DNA of 64,000 bases, taken from NCBI GenBank assembly GCA_963802945.1, contig CAWDKY010000025.1:1-64000 (forward strand), given 5' to 3'. A model generated the notes under the pieces. The model saw only the letters and a list, made by a program, of their open reading frames with translations, was not told the DNA's origin and searched no databases. The DNA comes from an uncultured delta proteobacterium. Lineage in GTDB: Bacteria; Desulfobacterota; RBG-13-43-22. The position numbers and the translations under genes are program-made. Shown here in pieces: positions 1 to 9,384 of the stretch (positions are counted from its first letter, which is position 1; every line of letters begins with the position of its first letter).

Positions 1-41
1 ATGTTGTGCCTGTTGCTTCAACATTTGAGTTTACGTATTGC

Positions 42-602
42 TGGATTTCCTTTGATGGTTCAAATATTACAGGATTCAGACCGCATAAGATCTGTCAATT
101 GGGCATCAGCCGCACCTTTCAGATTCCCCGTCCTTTCCCGGATTTGACGGCCCTGGCCAATGTGGGTGTTGGTGTTCTTTGCGGCAAGCATAGACCGAAT
201 ATGAGTTATGGAGACAGCTTACTCGACGCCTCCCATTGTCTGGAGTTTTTCGGTTTATTCGGGAAACGAAACACTCTGGCCCATGACCTGACACTGTATG
301 AACTAAGGGTTTTGGAGTTGGCCCGGGCCTTGGCCACGACACCCAAATTGATCATGATTGATGAGGTCATGGCCGGACTCAATCCGGGAGAGGCAAATAG
401 GGCCATAAAATTGGTCCATCGGATGATTGAGGAATATCATATTACGATTTTTTGGATTGAGCATGTCATGAAAGTGATTATGGAGGCCACGGAAAGGGTT
501 ATCGTACTGCACTATGGTGAAAAGATTGCTTCTGGTCCTCCGGAGGAAGTCGTCAACGATCCAAAAATTATCGAAGCCTATTTGGGGGAAACCATTGCTT
601 AA
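42..602 (+). CDS. livG: Branched-chain amino acid ABC transporter ATP-binding protein, LivG-like (5' part absent)
   Basis: GISRTFQIPRPF, LELARALAT, IMIDEVMAGLN, IEHVM and C-terminal EAYLG motifs; Walker A not present in window. Confidence 0.8.
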   Translation, partial: WISFDGSNITGFRPHKICQLGISRTFQIPRPFPDLTALANVGVGVLCGKHRPNMSYGDSLLDASHCLEFFGLFGKRNTLAHDLTLYELRVLELARALATTPKLIMIDEVMAGLNPGEANRAIKLVHRMIEEYHITIFWIEHVMKVIMEATERVIVLHYGEKIASGPPEEVVNDPKIIEAYLGETIA

Positions 603-1302
603 AGTAGAAGATCTCAATGTTTCTTATGGCTTGGTGCAGGTCCTTTATCAGGTGGGATTGCATATCGAAGAGGGGGAGTGCGTGGCCTTTCTCGGGTCGA
701 ATGGGGCCGGAAAGACGACGCTGCTGAAGACCCTCTCTGGACTGATTAAACCTACCTCAGGGAAAATTTCTTTTCTTGATATACCAATGGACCAATGGAG
801 TTCTGCCGAACGTGTGGAGTCCGGTCTCATTCAGGTTCCTGAAGGAGGGAAAATCTTTCCTTATATGACGGTTTGGGAAAACCTTCTAATGGGGGCCTCG
901 GGACAAAAGGAGGCTTGGAAAGTTCGACACCATTCACTGGAACGGGTCCTGAAATTATTCCCGATCATCAAGGAGCGAAGAAATAATCAGGCCCGTCTTT
1001 TAAGTGGGGGTGAAAGGCAAATGTTGGTGATTGCCCGAGGGTTGATGGCCCTTCCCAAACTCCTTATGGTGGATGAGCCTTCCTTGGGCCTGGCTCCAAA
1101 GATTCTTTTAGATATTTTCAATACTATGCGAATCCTTCGGAAAGAAGGGGTGACCATCTTACTCTCCGAACAGAATGTCCAACAGGCCTTGAGAATTGCC
1201 GATCGAGGATATGTTCTGGAAAATGGCCGGGTGGTCATGGAGGATTCCAGTGAAAGGCTTTTGAAAAGCGAGCATATCAAAAAGGCCTATTTAGGGATTT
1301 AG
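595..1302 (+). CDS. livF: Branched-chain amino acid ABC transporter ATP-binding protein, LivF-like
   Basis: GSNGAGKTT Walker A, LSGGERQML signature, VDEPSLGLAP; probable TTG start at 595 overlapping livG stop. Confidence 0.9.
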   Translation: MLKVEDLNVSYGLVQVLYQVGLHIEEGECVAFLGSNGAGKTTLLKTLSGLIKPTSGKISFLDIPMDQWSSAERVESGLIQVPEGGKIFPYMTVWENLLMGASGQKEAWKVRHHSLERVLKLFPIIKERRNNQARLLSGGERQMLVIARGLMALPKLLMVDEPSLGLAPKILLDIFNTMRILRKEGVTILLSEQNVQQALRIADRGYVLENGRVVMEDSSERLLKSEHIKKAYLGI

Positions 1303-1312
1303 TTCGAAAATT

Positions 1313-1388
1313 GGATTCAAGGTTTTAAGGATTCGAGGATTCAAGTGTTTTACTTTCCACGTCTGTCACTTGAATCCTTAGGATTCGT
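1313..1388. repeat. Octamer (GGATTCAA-like) tandem repeat with inverted copy
   Basis: ggattcaa-ggttttaa-ggattcga-ggattcaa-gtg ... cacttgaatcc. Confidence 0.75.
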
Positions 1389-1446
1389 TTTCATGATTCA
1401 GAGCGCCCGTTTCAGTGGGAATGAGGTTTAAAAGGAGGGGGGAATA

Positions 1447-2799
1447 TTGGAAGACTATTTTTCTTATACCGAGAAACTTTTCGATAAGGCAAAAATTTCG
1501 GAGAAGCCGGAGGCTCTCAAGGGGATCAGGGTGCTTGACCTGGCTCATGTCATATTCGGTCCGGTCATTTCAAGGTGGCTGGCCATGTTTGGGGCAGAAG
1601 TCATCAAAGTAGAAGAACCCGACGAAGGCGATCCTTGGAGAACGGCCACCTATTGGGCTAAATATTGGAAAGATGCCTCCCCTTTTTTTCATTCTTTTAA
1701 CCCTAATAAATATTTTACGGCCATTGATCTGAAGAAGCCGAAAGGGAAAGAGCTGGTCCTGAAATTGGCCGAGAAATCCGACGTGGTGGTCGAGAATTTT
1801 CGGGCCGGGTTGGCCGAGGCCTGGGGCATCGGATACACTACGGTCAACCAAATTAATCCTAAGGCTATCTATATCAGTTGCTCGGGATATGGACAGTGGG
1901 GCCCTTTGAGATTTTTCCCGAGTTGGGATCTGATCGCCCAATCCATGTCCGGGGTGGCCCGGCTCACAGGTTTTAAGGGAAAAGAGACCTATAAGCTTCC
2001 GGATTATTATGGGGATTTTTTCCCCGGCTTACTCGGGGCTGTGGGGGTGTTGGCAGCCCTGAACTATCGAGAAATAACCGGCAAAGGGCAGTTTATCGAT
2101 ATGACTCAGGTGGAATCCCTGATGAGAATTATGCCCAACTGGCTATATATGGATTTGACCGGTGAGGATTTGCAAAGTACTGGCAATGTTGACCCAGCCA
2201 TGGCCCCATCGGGCATTTTTAAAACCAGTGATGAAAAGTTCGTCGCCGTGGCCATTGCTACCGACGAACAGTTCTTGGCTTTGGCGGAAGCCATGGACCG
2301 CAAGGAATTAGCTGAGGATCCCAGATATGCCGAAGCCTTTGAAAGATTAAAACCGCCCCATGGCGATGAACTTTGTCTGATCCTGGAAGGTTGGGTATTA
2401 AGGAAGACCGAGCAGGAACTCATTGCCCTGGCCCTGGAAAAAGGTTTTCCTGCGGCCGCGGTCATGGATGATTTAGGCCTGGTGAATGATGAATGGCGCA
2501 GGGAAAGAGGAAGTGTGGTTGAATTCGAAGATGAAATGTACGGCCAGGGGATATGGCCTGGACCAGCGGCAGCCCTCCACAAAACCCCGGGAAGGCTGAA
2601 GAGCTTATCAAGACCCGTGGGTTATCACAACCATTATATCTTTCAAACCCTCCTCGGCTTGTCTAAAGGCCAGGTCCGGGAATTGGAAAAAGAACGGGTC
2701 ATCGGGTATTGGGGAAACCGAGTAGGGCAAAAGCCCCCGGCCTATTACGATATGAGAAATGACCCGTTATTTAACTTCGACCAGGGGGAAAAGAAATGA
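1447..2799 (+). CDS. CoA-transferase family III (CaiB/BaiF)
   Basis: LKGIRVLDL, GAEVIKVE, DVVVENFR, SGYGQWGP, WDLIAQ (catalytic Asp position), GKGQFID. Confidence 0.92.
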   Translation: MEDYFSYTEKLFDKAKISEKPEALKGIRVLDLAHVIFGPVISRWLAMFGAEVIKVEEPDEGDPWRTATYWAKYWKDASPFFHSFNPNKYFTAIDLKKPKGKELVLKLAEKSDVVVENFRAGLAEAWGIGYTTVNQINPKAIYISCSGYGQWGPLRFFPSWDLIAQSMSGVARLTGFKGKETYKLPDYYGDFFPGLLGAVGVLAALNYREITGKGQFIDMTQVESLMRIMPNWLYMDLTGEDLQSTGNVDPAMAPSGIFKTSDEKFVAVAIATDEQFLALAEAMDRKELAEDPRYAEAFERLKPPHGDELCLILEGWVLRKTEQELIALALEKGFPAAAVMDDLGLVNDEWRRERGSVVEFEDEMYGQGIWPGPAAALHKTPGRLKSLSRPVGYHNHYIFQTLLGLSKGQVRELEKERVIGYWGNRVGQKPPAYYDMRNDPLFNFDQGEKK

Positions 2800-4145
2800 C
2801 AGAAGAGACCAAAAAACCCCAGGTTTTTTCAAGGCACCTGGCCGGCAAAGCGGCCTCGGAACATCTGGCCCGTTTCAATAAAATGTTGGCTGAAATGATG
2901 GCTTCTGCGGATGGCAAACCGGAAACCCTTAAGGACGTCACGGTTATTGAGGTAGGGCAGGCCAATTTCCCTGGACTCATCAGCGCTGCCATTTTAGGGG
3001 AGTTTGGCGCCGAGGTCATCAAAGTGGAACCTCCGGAAGGGGATCCGGCCAGAAAAGTCAGTCAATTTGGGGTAAACATTCAAGGGGTTGGCATTCCATT
3101 TTTAATGGAGAGTCGAAATAAGCATTATATCACCTTGGATCTGAAACAGGAGAAGGACCGGGAAAATTTTAAAAAATTAGTTGGCCGGACGGACGTGGTT
3201 ATAGATGCTATGAAACCAGGATGGTTGGATTCTTTAGAAATCGGATACCGGCAGTTCAGTCCAAGGTATCCAGGTCTAATTTACGTAGCGGTTTCTCCCT
3301 ATGGACATTTCACGTCAAAGGCCAGCAGGTTCCGGAATATTCCTGACACGGATCTGACCGCCCAGGCCGAATCAGGATACCCTAACCTGATTGGAAATCC
3401 TGAGGCCCAGGAGCCCTATAACTATCCGTTGAGAGCCGGTGTCTGGGCCGCTTCTTATATGAGCGCCGGCTTGGCTGTGGCCGGAACACTTACGGCCTTA
3501 TTGCACAAGCGCAGAACGGGTGAGGGGCAAATGGTCGATATCGCCACCTACGACGCCATTTCCGCCTGGCAGGGGTTTTCTCATGTCTGGGGCTTTACCT
3601 TTGAGATGCCCAGGGTAAGGGTGGGGAATTTTGATTGGTGTTTATTCCCTTACGGCTATTATGAAGCTAAGGATGGGTATGTTACGGTAGCGGCTGCAGC
3701 GGATGCGGATTTCCGTGGATTACTGAAAATATTCAAACGCTGGGATTTGGAAAACGATTGGCGGTTTTTGTTTGATCGCATTACGGACGATGTGGAAAAA
3801 TTGAAAGTGCTGGAAACCGAATTTAAAAAGGAGATCATCAAGCATACCCGCCAGGAACTGGTTCGGAAAACCCTGGCCTTTAGCGCCAAGGCGGCACAAG
3901 ATAAACTGCGGGGTAAAGGTTTTCCAATAATTGTGGAGACCCTTTCCCCTAGTGAAGTTTCCCAGGAAGAGCACTGGAAGGTTCGCCATTCTTTTGTGGA
4001 GAAGAAACACCCGGTTTTGGGAAAGATCAGAATTCCCGCTTCCGTACCGAAGATGTCGGAGTCTCCCCCCAGGGTCAAAGAAATCGAATGCGGAATCGGG
4101 AAGGATAATGAAAAGATTTTCGAAAAATTTGGATTGATGAAATAA
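2796..4145 (+). CDS. CoA-transferase family III (CaiB/BaiF), second paralogue
   Basis: GAEVIKVEPPEGDPAR, RNKHYITLDL, TDLTAQAESG, TGEGQMVD; ATGA overlap with upstream gene. Confidence 0.9.
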   Translation: MTEETKKPQVFSRHLAGKAASEHLARFNKMLAEMMASADGKPETLKDVTVIEVGQANFPGLISAAILGEFGAEVIKVEPPEGDPARKVSQFGVNIQGVGIPFLMESRNKHYITLDLKQEKDRENFKKLVGRTDVVIDAMKPGWLDSLEIGYRQFSPRYPGLIYVAVSPYGHFTSKASRFRNIPDTDLTAQAESGYPNLIGNPEAQEPYNYPLRAGVWAASYMSAGLAVAGTLTALLHKRRTGEGQMVDIATYDAISAWQGFSHVWGFTFEMPRVRVGNFDWCLFPYGYYEAKDGYVTVAAAADADFRGLLKIFKRWDLENDWRFLFDRITDDVEKLKVLETEFKKEIIKHTRQELVRKTLAFSAKAAQDKLRGKGFPIIVETLSPSEVSQEEHWKVRHSFVEKKHPVLGKIRIPASVPKMSESPPRVKEIECGIGKDNEKIFEKFGLMK

Positions 4146-4174
4146 CATTCTCACGCCCTTGAACAGGACGAGAT

Positions 4175-4242
4175 AAACAGGAGGGTGAAAAAATGAAAAG
4201 CAAACTTCTTTTTTCCTTCATCGTTGTCACGGCCCTTATCAT
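4175..4242 (+). repeat. 68-bp direct repeat (RBS + signal peptide start), copy 1; copy 2 at 5833-5900
   Basis: aaacaggagggtgaaaaaatgaaaagcaaa(c/g)ttcttttttccttc... 3 mismatches in 68 bp. Confidence 0.9.
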
Positions 4243-5614
4243 AGTTATCGGAGTGGCCCCTGCTTTGCCCCAGAGTAAGGAGCCGATTAAAATCGGGGTG
4301 ATCGCCAATATCGCTTGGCCTGTTGGCAATTCGGCCTCCCAGGCCGTTGAATTGGCCGTAAAGAATATCAATGAAAAAGGCGGCCTGATTGGAAGGTCTT
4401 TGAAGTTATTCAAGGCAGACAGCAAAGGCCAGGTTCCCAATGCCGTTGCTGAATATCGAAGATTGGTTATGACCGACGGCGTCTCGGCCATTGTCGTGGC
4501 CGAAGGGGGCACCGTAACGTTGGCCTGCTTGAAGGCCGGCGGAGAGCTATTCAAGGAATATCCTCACCTCATGTTTAATGCCGGGGCCTCGGCCGACGAT
4601 ATCCCTGAGACCATAAGAAAAAATTATGCCAATTATAAATTCTGCATCAATCCCTACACCACCGCCCCGGATAGATTTCTATCGGCAGCGATGATCAATA
4701 CCTTTTTGACCGAGCATGAAATTAAGCCCAAGCCTAAGAAGGTAGCCATAATCGGTGAGGATTTAATGGATTACAATCCCTATTGGCAGGGCTGGCCGGA
4801 ATACGGCTTCCGTCCCTATGCGGATATCGCCTATAAAGACCGAGGGGTGGAAGTGGTCTATACCGCCAAAATCGCCGTAGGGGAAAAAATGTTTCTGCCC
4901 ATCTTTGAAAAAATCGCCGCCTCCGGGGCCCAGTATATCGACTTTGCTATGAGCGCTTACAGCGACTTTTATGTCCTGGCTAAACAATGGGCCACCTCAG
5001 CCGCTAAAGATATCCCCATATTCCATTCCGGGGTATCCCCCAAATACTGGGATATTACCAACGGCGCCTGTCTGGGCATGGTCGGTTGGTGGCCCTCGGA
5101 TTTAACCAATTACGAGGTCGTTGGGAAAACCAGGGAATATGTGCAGGGTTTTAATAAAACCTTCGGCTATCCGGGCAGCAACTGGTTGGCTGAGGGGGCC
5201 TATGATGATGTTCTGTTTTGGGCTGAGGCCATAAAAAAAACAAGGTCCACCGATATCGAAAAATTAATCAAGACCCTGGAAAACATCGAGATTGATGGGG
5301 TCAGAGGAAAAATCAAAATCAATCCCCTAGATCACACCTGCCATAATTTCCCTTATAAAAAGGGAATTGTAGAAGACCTCGTCAAGGAAATCGCCAAGAG
5401 TTCACCGGCCAATATGAGCAAGGATATGGGCCGGGTTTTTAAGAAATGGGGATTTTTCCCCTACGGTGTTTACCCCTACGGTCCTTTGCCTCCCCTGGCC
5501 CAGTGGCAAAATAATGGCAAGATCGTTCTTTTATATCCACCCGAAATGGCTAAGATGTCCAATCCAGGACAACAGTATGTACCCATCAATGAGTTAAGGG
5601 CCAAACAAAAATAA
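4193..5614 (+). CDS. ABC transporter substrate-binding protein (LivJ/Peripla_BP_6 type)
   Basis: Signal peptide, EPIKIGVI, AVKNINEKGGLIGR, AYDDV; GGAGGG RBS. Confidence 0.85.
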   Translation: MKSKLLFSFIVVTALIIVIGVAPALPQSKEPIKIGVIANIAWPVGNSASQAVELAVKNINEKGGLIGRSLKLFKADSKGQVPNAVAEYRRLVMTDGVSAIVVAEGGTVTLACLKAGGELFKEYPHLMFNAGASADDIPETIRKNYANYKFCINPYTTAPDRFLSAAMINTFLTEHEIKPKPKKVAIIGEDLMDYNPYWQGWPEYGFRPYADIAYKDRGVEVVYTAKIAVGEKMFLPIFEKIAASGAQYIDFAMSAYSDFYVLAKQWATSAAKDIPIFHSGVSPKYWDITNGACLGMVGWWPSDLTNYEVVGKTREYVQGFNKTFGYPGSNWLAEGAYDDVLFWAEAIKKTRSTDIEKLIKTLENIEIDGVRGKIKINPLDHTCHNFPYKKGIVEDLVKEIAKSSPANMSKDMGRVFKKWGFFPYGVYPYGPLPPLAQWQNNGKIVLLYPPEMAKMSNPGQQYVPINELRAKQK

Positions 5615-5850
5615 TCCTTCTTCCTCGTCAGGTTGTACAATTATGGACCATATTGGCAACTTGAACGGCAGAAGATGATAGGGGGGCATTAAAACCTGAC
5701 CTTTGGGCACATTAGGTAGTCAGAAGTAGAGAGCATTTTCACTAAATAAGGTATTTTGGTTATAAGTTAAATAAATATTTTAATGGGGTAAAATCCCCCA
5801 AAAAAATCTCCGGCCCAGTCATAAAGGGGGAGAAACAGGAGGGTGAAAAA

Positions 5851-7131
5851 ATGAAAAGCAAAGTTCTTTTTTCCTTCGTCGTTGTCATGGCCCTTATCAT
5901 TGTTGTCGGTGTGAGTCTATCCTTTGGTCAAACCAAGGAGCCGATCAAAATCGGGCTGGTGGGCGCTTTGTCGACCCCTTATGGGATAAGCAACAAACTT
6001 TCTCTTGAAATCGCCGTGGAAGAGATCAATAAAGCAGGAGGGATTCTCGGACGGCCGGTAGAGCTGGTGGTCATGGACTGGAAGCGGGAAGTTCCCTTAG
6101 CCGTTGCCGCTTACAAAAAGCTGGTAATGACCGACAAATGTCTTTTGGTCTATACGGAAGGGACTGAAGGAACGACCGCCTGTATGCAGGAAGCGGCCAA
6201 ATTGTATCCGGAGTTCCCTCACCTCCAGTTCGCCATCTGGACTGCCCATGATAGGCCGACCGATATGGTCTGCACCGAGTATAACAAGTATAAATTCTTT
6301 TTTCGGGTATATTCTAAAACCGGAGACAGTTATGATCCCAGGTTAAAGGGCTGGACCATTTTTACTGATGTGATCAAGACCAAAAAGTTGGCCCTGGTGA
6401 TCGAAGACATCGGCTGGACCGAGCCGTATACCAAGGGAATCCCCGGGAAATATCCCCCCTTGAAGGAGTTCTATGAAAAGAAGGGGATTAACGTGGTCTA
6501 TTATGCCAAAAGTGCCATCGGCGAGAAAATGTTTCTGCCCACCTTGGAAAAAGTTGCTGCCTCCGGGGCCGATACCGTCTATTGGATCACCGGGTACACC
6601 GATACCATCACCCTGGCCAAGCAGTGGGCTGAATCTGCGGCCAAGAACATTAATTTCGTGGCCATGAGTGGGGCTTGCAGCTATGCGGCTTTCCCGAAGA
6701 TGACCGGGGGAGCCTCGCTGGGATGGGTTTCACTCGATCCGGAAGTGCGTATTCCCTTTACTTCAAGGACTTTGCCTTTCTTGGCTGAATTAGATAAAAG
6801 AGGCGGTGGATTGGTTTCCTCGACCTATGGGGCTTATGACGGGCCGTGGATACTCAAGACCGCCATTGAAAAAGTCGGCAAAACCAATGATGTGGATGCT
6901 TTGATCAAGGCCCTGGAAACAACTCAAACCCAACATGGATTTTGGATCTGGAAATTTGATAAATGTCATGATCCGCTCAAGGGCTATCCCTACTGGCCAA
7001 TCATCCAGGCCCAATTTCAAAAGGATGGGGGTTACGTGGTTATTTTCAGCGAAGACATCAGAAAAATCGCCAACCCGCAAAAGAAGTTTATCGCGGTGAA
7101 AGAGTTAAGGGGGAAAGAGGGTCAGAAATAG
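5851..7131 (+). CDS. ABC transporter substrate-binding protein (LivJ/Peripla_BP_6 type), second paralogue
   Basis: Signal peptide, EPIKIGLVG, AVEEINKAGGILGRPVEL, GAYDG. Confidence 0.85.
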   Translation: MKSKVLFSFVVVMALIIVVGVSLSFGQTKEPIKIGLVGALSTPYGISNKLSLEIAVEEINKAGGILGRPVELVVMDWKREVPLAVAAYKKLVMTDKCLLVYTEGTEGTTACMQEAAKLYPEFPHLQFAIWTAHDRPTDMVCTEYNKYKFFFRVYSKTGDSYDPRLKGWTIFTDVIKTKKLALVIEDIGWTEPYTKGIPGKYPPLKEFYEKKGINVVYYAKSAIGEKMFLPTLEKVAASGADTVYWITGYTDTITLAKQWAESAAKNINFVAMSGACSYAAFPKMTGGASLGWVSLDPEVRIPFTSRTLPFLAELDKRGGGLVSSTYGAYDGPWILKTAIEKVGKTNDVDALIKALETTQTQHGFWIWKFDKCHDPLKGYPYWPIIQAQFQKDGGYVVIFSEDIRKIANPQKKFIAVKELRGKEGQK

Positions 7132-7160
7132 AAGCAATTAACAGAATCCTAATGGCCTTT

Positions 7161-7192
7161 GGGCAGATTATTCCTCAGGGAATAATCTGCCC
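7161..7192 (+). terminator. Probable intrinsic terminator hairpin
   Basis: 14-bp perfect stem GGGCAGATTATTCC/GGAATAATCTGCCC, 4-nt loop, T-rich tract downstream. Confidence 0.7.
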
Positions 7193-7302
7193 GCTCTGAT
7201 TTTTCCATTTTTAGGTTTAATTTCATTTTTTATGGACAGTGCTTAATATTGCCTAACAGAAACTTGACAGGACAATTATTAAAGTGATACATAAAGACTG
7301 TA

Positions 7303-7379
7303 CGGGACGTAGCGCAGTCTGGTAGCGCACCTGAATGGGGTTCAGGGGGCCGCTGGTTCAAATCCAGTCGTCCCGACCA
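7303..7379 (+). tRNA. tRNA-Pro(GGG)
   Basis: Acceptor CGGGACG/CGTCCCG, anticodon stem CCTGA/TCAGG with loop AT-GGG-GT, GGTTCAAATCC T arm, encoded CCA; TTGACA at 7264. Confidence 0.96.
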
Positions 7380-7389
7380 TAAAAATTAG

Positions 7390-7424
7390 AGGGGGTTAAT
7401 CCATCAAAGGCGGATTAGCCCCCT
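7390..7424 (+). terminator. Hairpin downstream of tRNA-Pro
   Basis: AGGGGGTTAATCC...GGATTAGCCCCCT. Confidence 0.6.
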
Positions 7425-7446
7425 TATCATTAGATCGGGGAGATCG

Positions 7447-7641
7447 ATGAAATTATGTTCCTTCATCTGCGATAAAGCTGACAATAAAAAAGCCCAACAC
7501 GCCGCTTGTCTGGCGGTGAACGGCGTATTTTGCGGACTACTCGGTGAAGTCGTTGAAAAAGGGATGCTCTGTCCGGTTGAAGGTAATCAGGAATCTCTTC
7601 GCAGAGCTGTGAAGGGGACCAAGAAGAAGAGTATCAGATAA
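7447..7641 (+). CDS. Small Cys-rich hypothetical protein
   Basis: GGGGAG RBS, 64 aa, five Cys (CSFIC, AACLAVNGVFC, LCP). Confidence 0.6.
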   Translation: MKLCSFICDKADNKKAQHAACLAVNGVFCGLLGEVVEKGMLCPVEGNQESLRRAVKGTKKKSIR

Positions 7642-7651
7642 AACCAGGGAA

Positions 7652-8578
7652 CTACCCGTAACATTTTTTAAACCGCTCGTTAAATTCCTCAAGATCGAAC
7701 CTATAGTCCTGTGTGCCGTAGGACTCTACAGCAAAGGAAGAACAAACACTGCCTATTTTGGCTGACCCTTCGATATCCATACCACGGACAAGGCCGCTGA
7801 TCAATCCCCCCCGATAGGAATCGCCGGCACCCGTTGGATCCTCTACCTTCTTCGGCTGAACCGCAGGAATGTGGGTTTCTCCTTCCGGCCTGAAGATTCG
7901 TGAACCCGATTCCCCCAGAGTGGTAATAATCGTCCGGGCTTTTTTAAACAAGGCCTCTTTATTTAATCCGGTCTTGCTCATGATCAGTTCCAATTCATAA
8001 TCGTTGGTGATCAAAATCCGGCATCCCTCTATGGCCTGGAGCAGATCCTTGGTGTCCAACATAGGTAGGGATTGCCCGGGGTCAAAGATATAATCGATTC
8101 CCCTGAGCTTACAGGCTTGGGGATAGTTGATCATGTCTTCCAAATTACCGGGAGAGACAATGATCAAAGTTTTCTGGGGATCCAGTTGATCAAAATCCAG
8201 ACAGGAAGAAAATTTCATGGCCCCCGGGTTGAATCCGGTGATCTGGTTGTCGGACCGGTCGGTGGTGATATAGGCACCGGCGGTGAATTCGTCTTCTATG
8301 ATTTTTATATTTTTTGTGGAGAGCCCATGGTCCGCTAACCAATTGAGGTATCGATGATAATCATGACCGATCGTGGCGGAAATGTCGGGTTTTTCACCCA
8401 TCAGAGCCAAGGCATAGGCGATATTACCGGCTGTACCGCCGAATTTCTCCTTGATGCCGTTAACCTGGAAAGCCACATTTAAAACATGAATTTTTTCAGG
8501 GAGTATATGTTCGGAGAAGTATCCCGGGAAATCCATAATCCTGTCGTAAGCCAAAGACCCGGACACAATGATTTTCAA
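7652..8578 (-). CDS. PfkB-family carbohydrate/nucleoside kinase (adenosine kinase-like)
   Basis: VSGSLAYDRIM, FGGTAGNIAY, FDPGQ, NDYE, DPTGAGDSYRGG. Confidence 0.9.
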   Translation of the reverse strand: MKIIVSGSLAYDRIMDFPGYFSEHILPEKIHVLNVAFQVNGIKEKFGGTAGNIAYALALMGEKPDISATIGHDYHRYLNWLADHGLSTKNIKIIEDEFTAGAYITTDRSDNQITGFNPGAMKFSSCLDFDQLDPQKTLIIVSPGNLEDMINYPQACKLRGIDYIFDPGQSLPMLDTKDLLQAIEGCRILITNDYELELIMSKTGLNKEALFKKARTIITTLGESGSRIFRPEGETHIPAVQPKKVEDPTGAGDSYRGGLISGLVRGMDIEGSAKIGSVCSSFAVESYGTQDYRFDLEEFNERFKKCYG

Positions 8579-8591
8579 TTGCCTACACCTT

Positions 8592-8936
8592 TCAAATCAA
8601 CTCTAAATCGCTATCGGTGATAAAGCGCAACCAGTCAAGTACGCTGGGTTCATTGGATGCAAACCTGGACATATCGGAATCGTCCATCATATGATCCTGA
8701 GTGACAAAACATACCGGCCAACCGGGAATACCCGGTGAAACACCGCAGTGATCGTTGATTCGATAGGCCACGAATCCCGTCTCCGTGCAAGAAATCCGGT
8801 ATCGTCGTTCCTGGAGCCTGATTCGGATTGTCTGATTCAGCCATCCTTTGCTTTCAAAAATGTTGATAAAGGCTTGAAGGACATCCGTTGCCTTCATTTC
8901 TGGGAGATCTCGAAAGGATTTTTTGGCCGCCTTCAT
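8592..8936 (-). CDS. Hypothetical protein
   Basis: 114-aa ORF co-oriented and tightly packed with neighbours. Confidence 0.6.
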   Translation of the reverse strand: MKAAKKSFRDLPEMKATDVLQAFINIFESKGWLNQTIRIRLQERRYRISCTETGFVAYRINDHCGVSPGIPGWPVCFVTQDHMMDDSDMSRFASNEPSVLDWLRFITDSDLELI

Positions 8937-8942
8937 AATGCG

Positions 8943-9170
8943 TCATCCTTTTTCTTGTTCCGCATCCTTTTGGTTGGTTTCTTTCCACAACCAGATGACC
9001 AGGGAGACAATCCCCATCCAGGCCGACATTCCGGCAAAAAGGGCCATGAAAATTCTAAACTTCATTTCAACTCCCTTGATCCACATGGAGAGCAACAGAA
9101 AAATGACCATCCCCAGGATGATGATACCCAGCTTTTTACTGATCCTTTTTATATTCAATGCCTCGGCCAT
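8943..9170 (-). CDS. Small membrane protein (2 TM)
   Basis: Two hydrophobic stretches; GAAGGA RBS. Confidence 0.6.
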   Translation of the reverse strand: MAEALNIKRISKKLGIIILGMVIFLLLSMWIKGVEMKFRIFMALFAGMSAWMGIVSLVIWLWKETNQKDAEQEKG

Positions 9171-9384
9171 GTTTTAAGTCCTTCCAGGAAAAGGTTATGA
9201 GCAGTTAAGGCTAAAAAGCCCATGGATTTAAAATTGGATTGACACTTTTTCCGCTTATCCTATATAACATAATTTATCCGTTTTTGGGAAAAATTTTAAT
9301 CATTCAAGGGTCAAAACAACTTGTTTCACCGGCCACACCGGACCCTTGATCTTTTGACCATACTTTAAGTGTGAGAGTAGCCTA

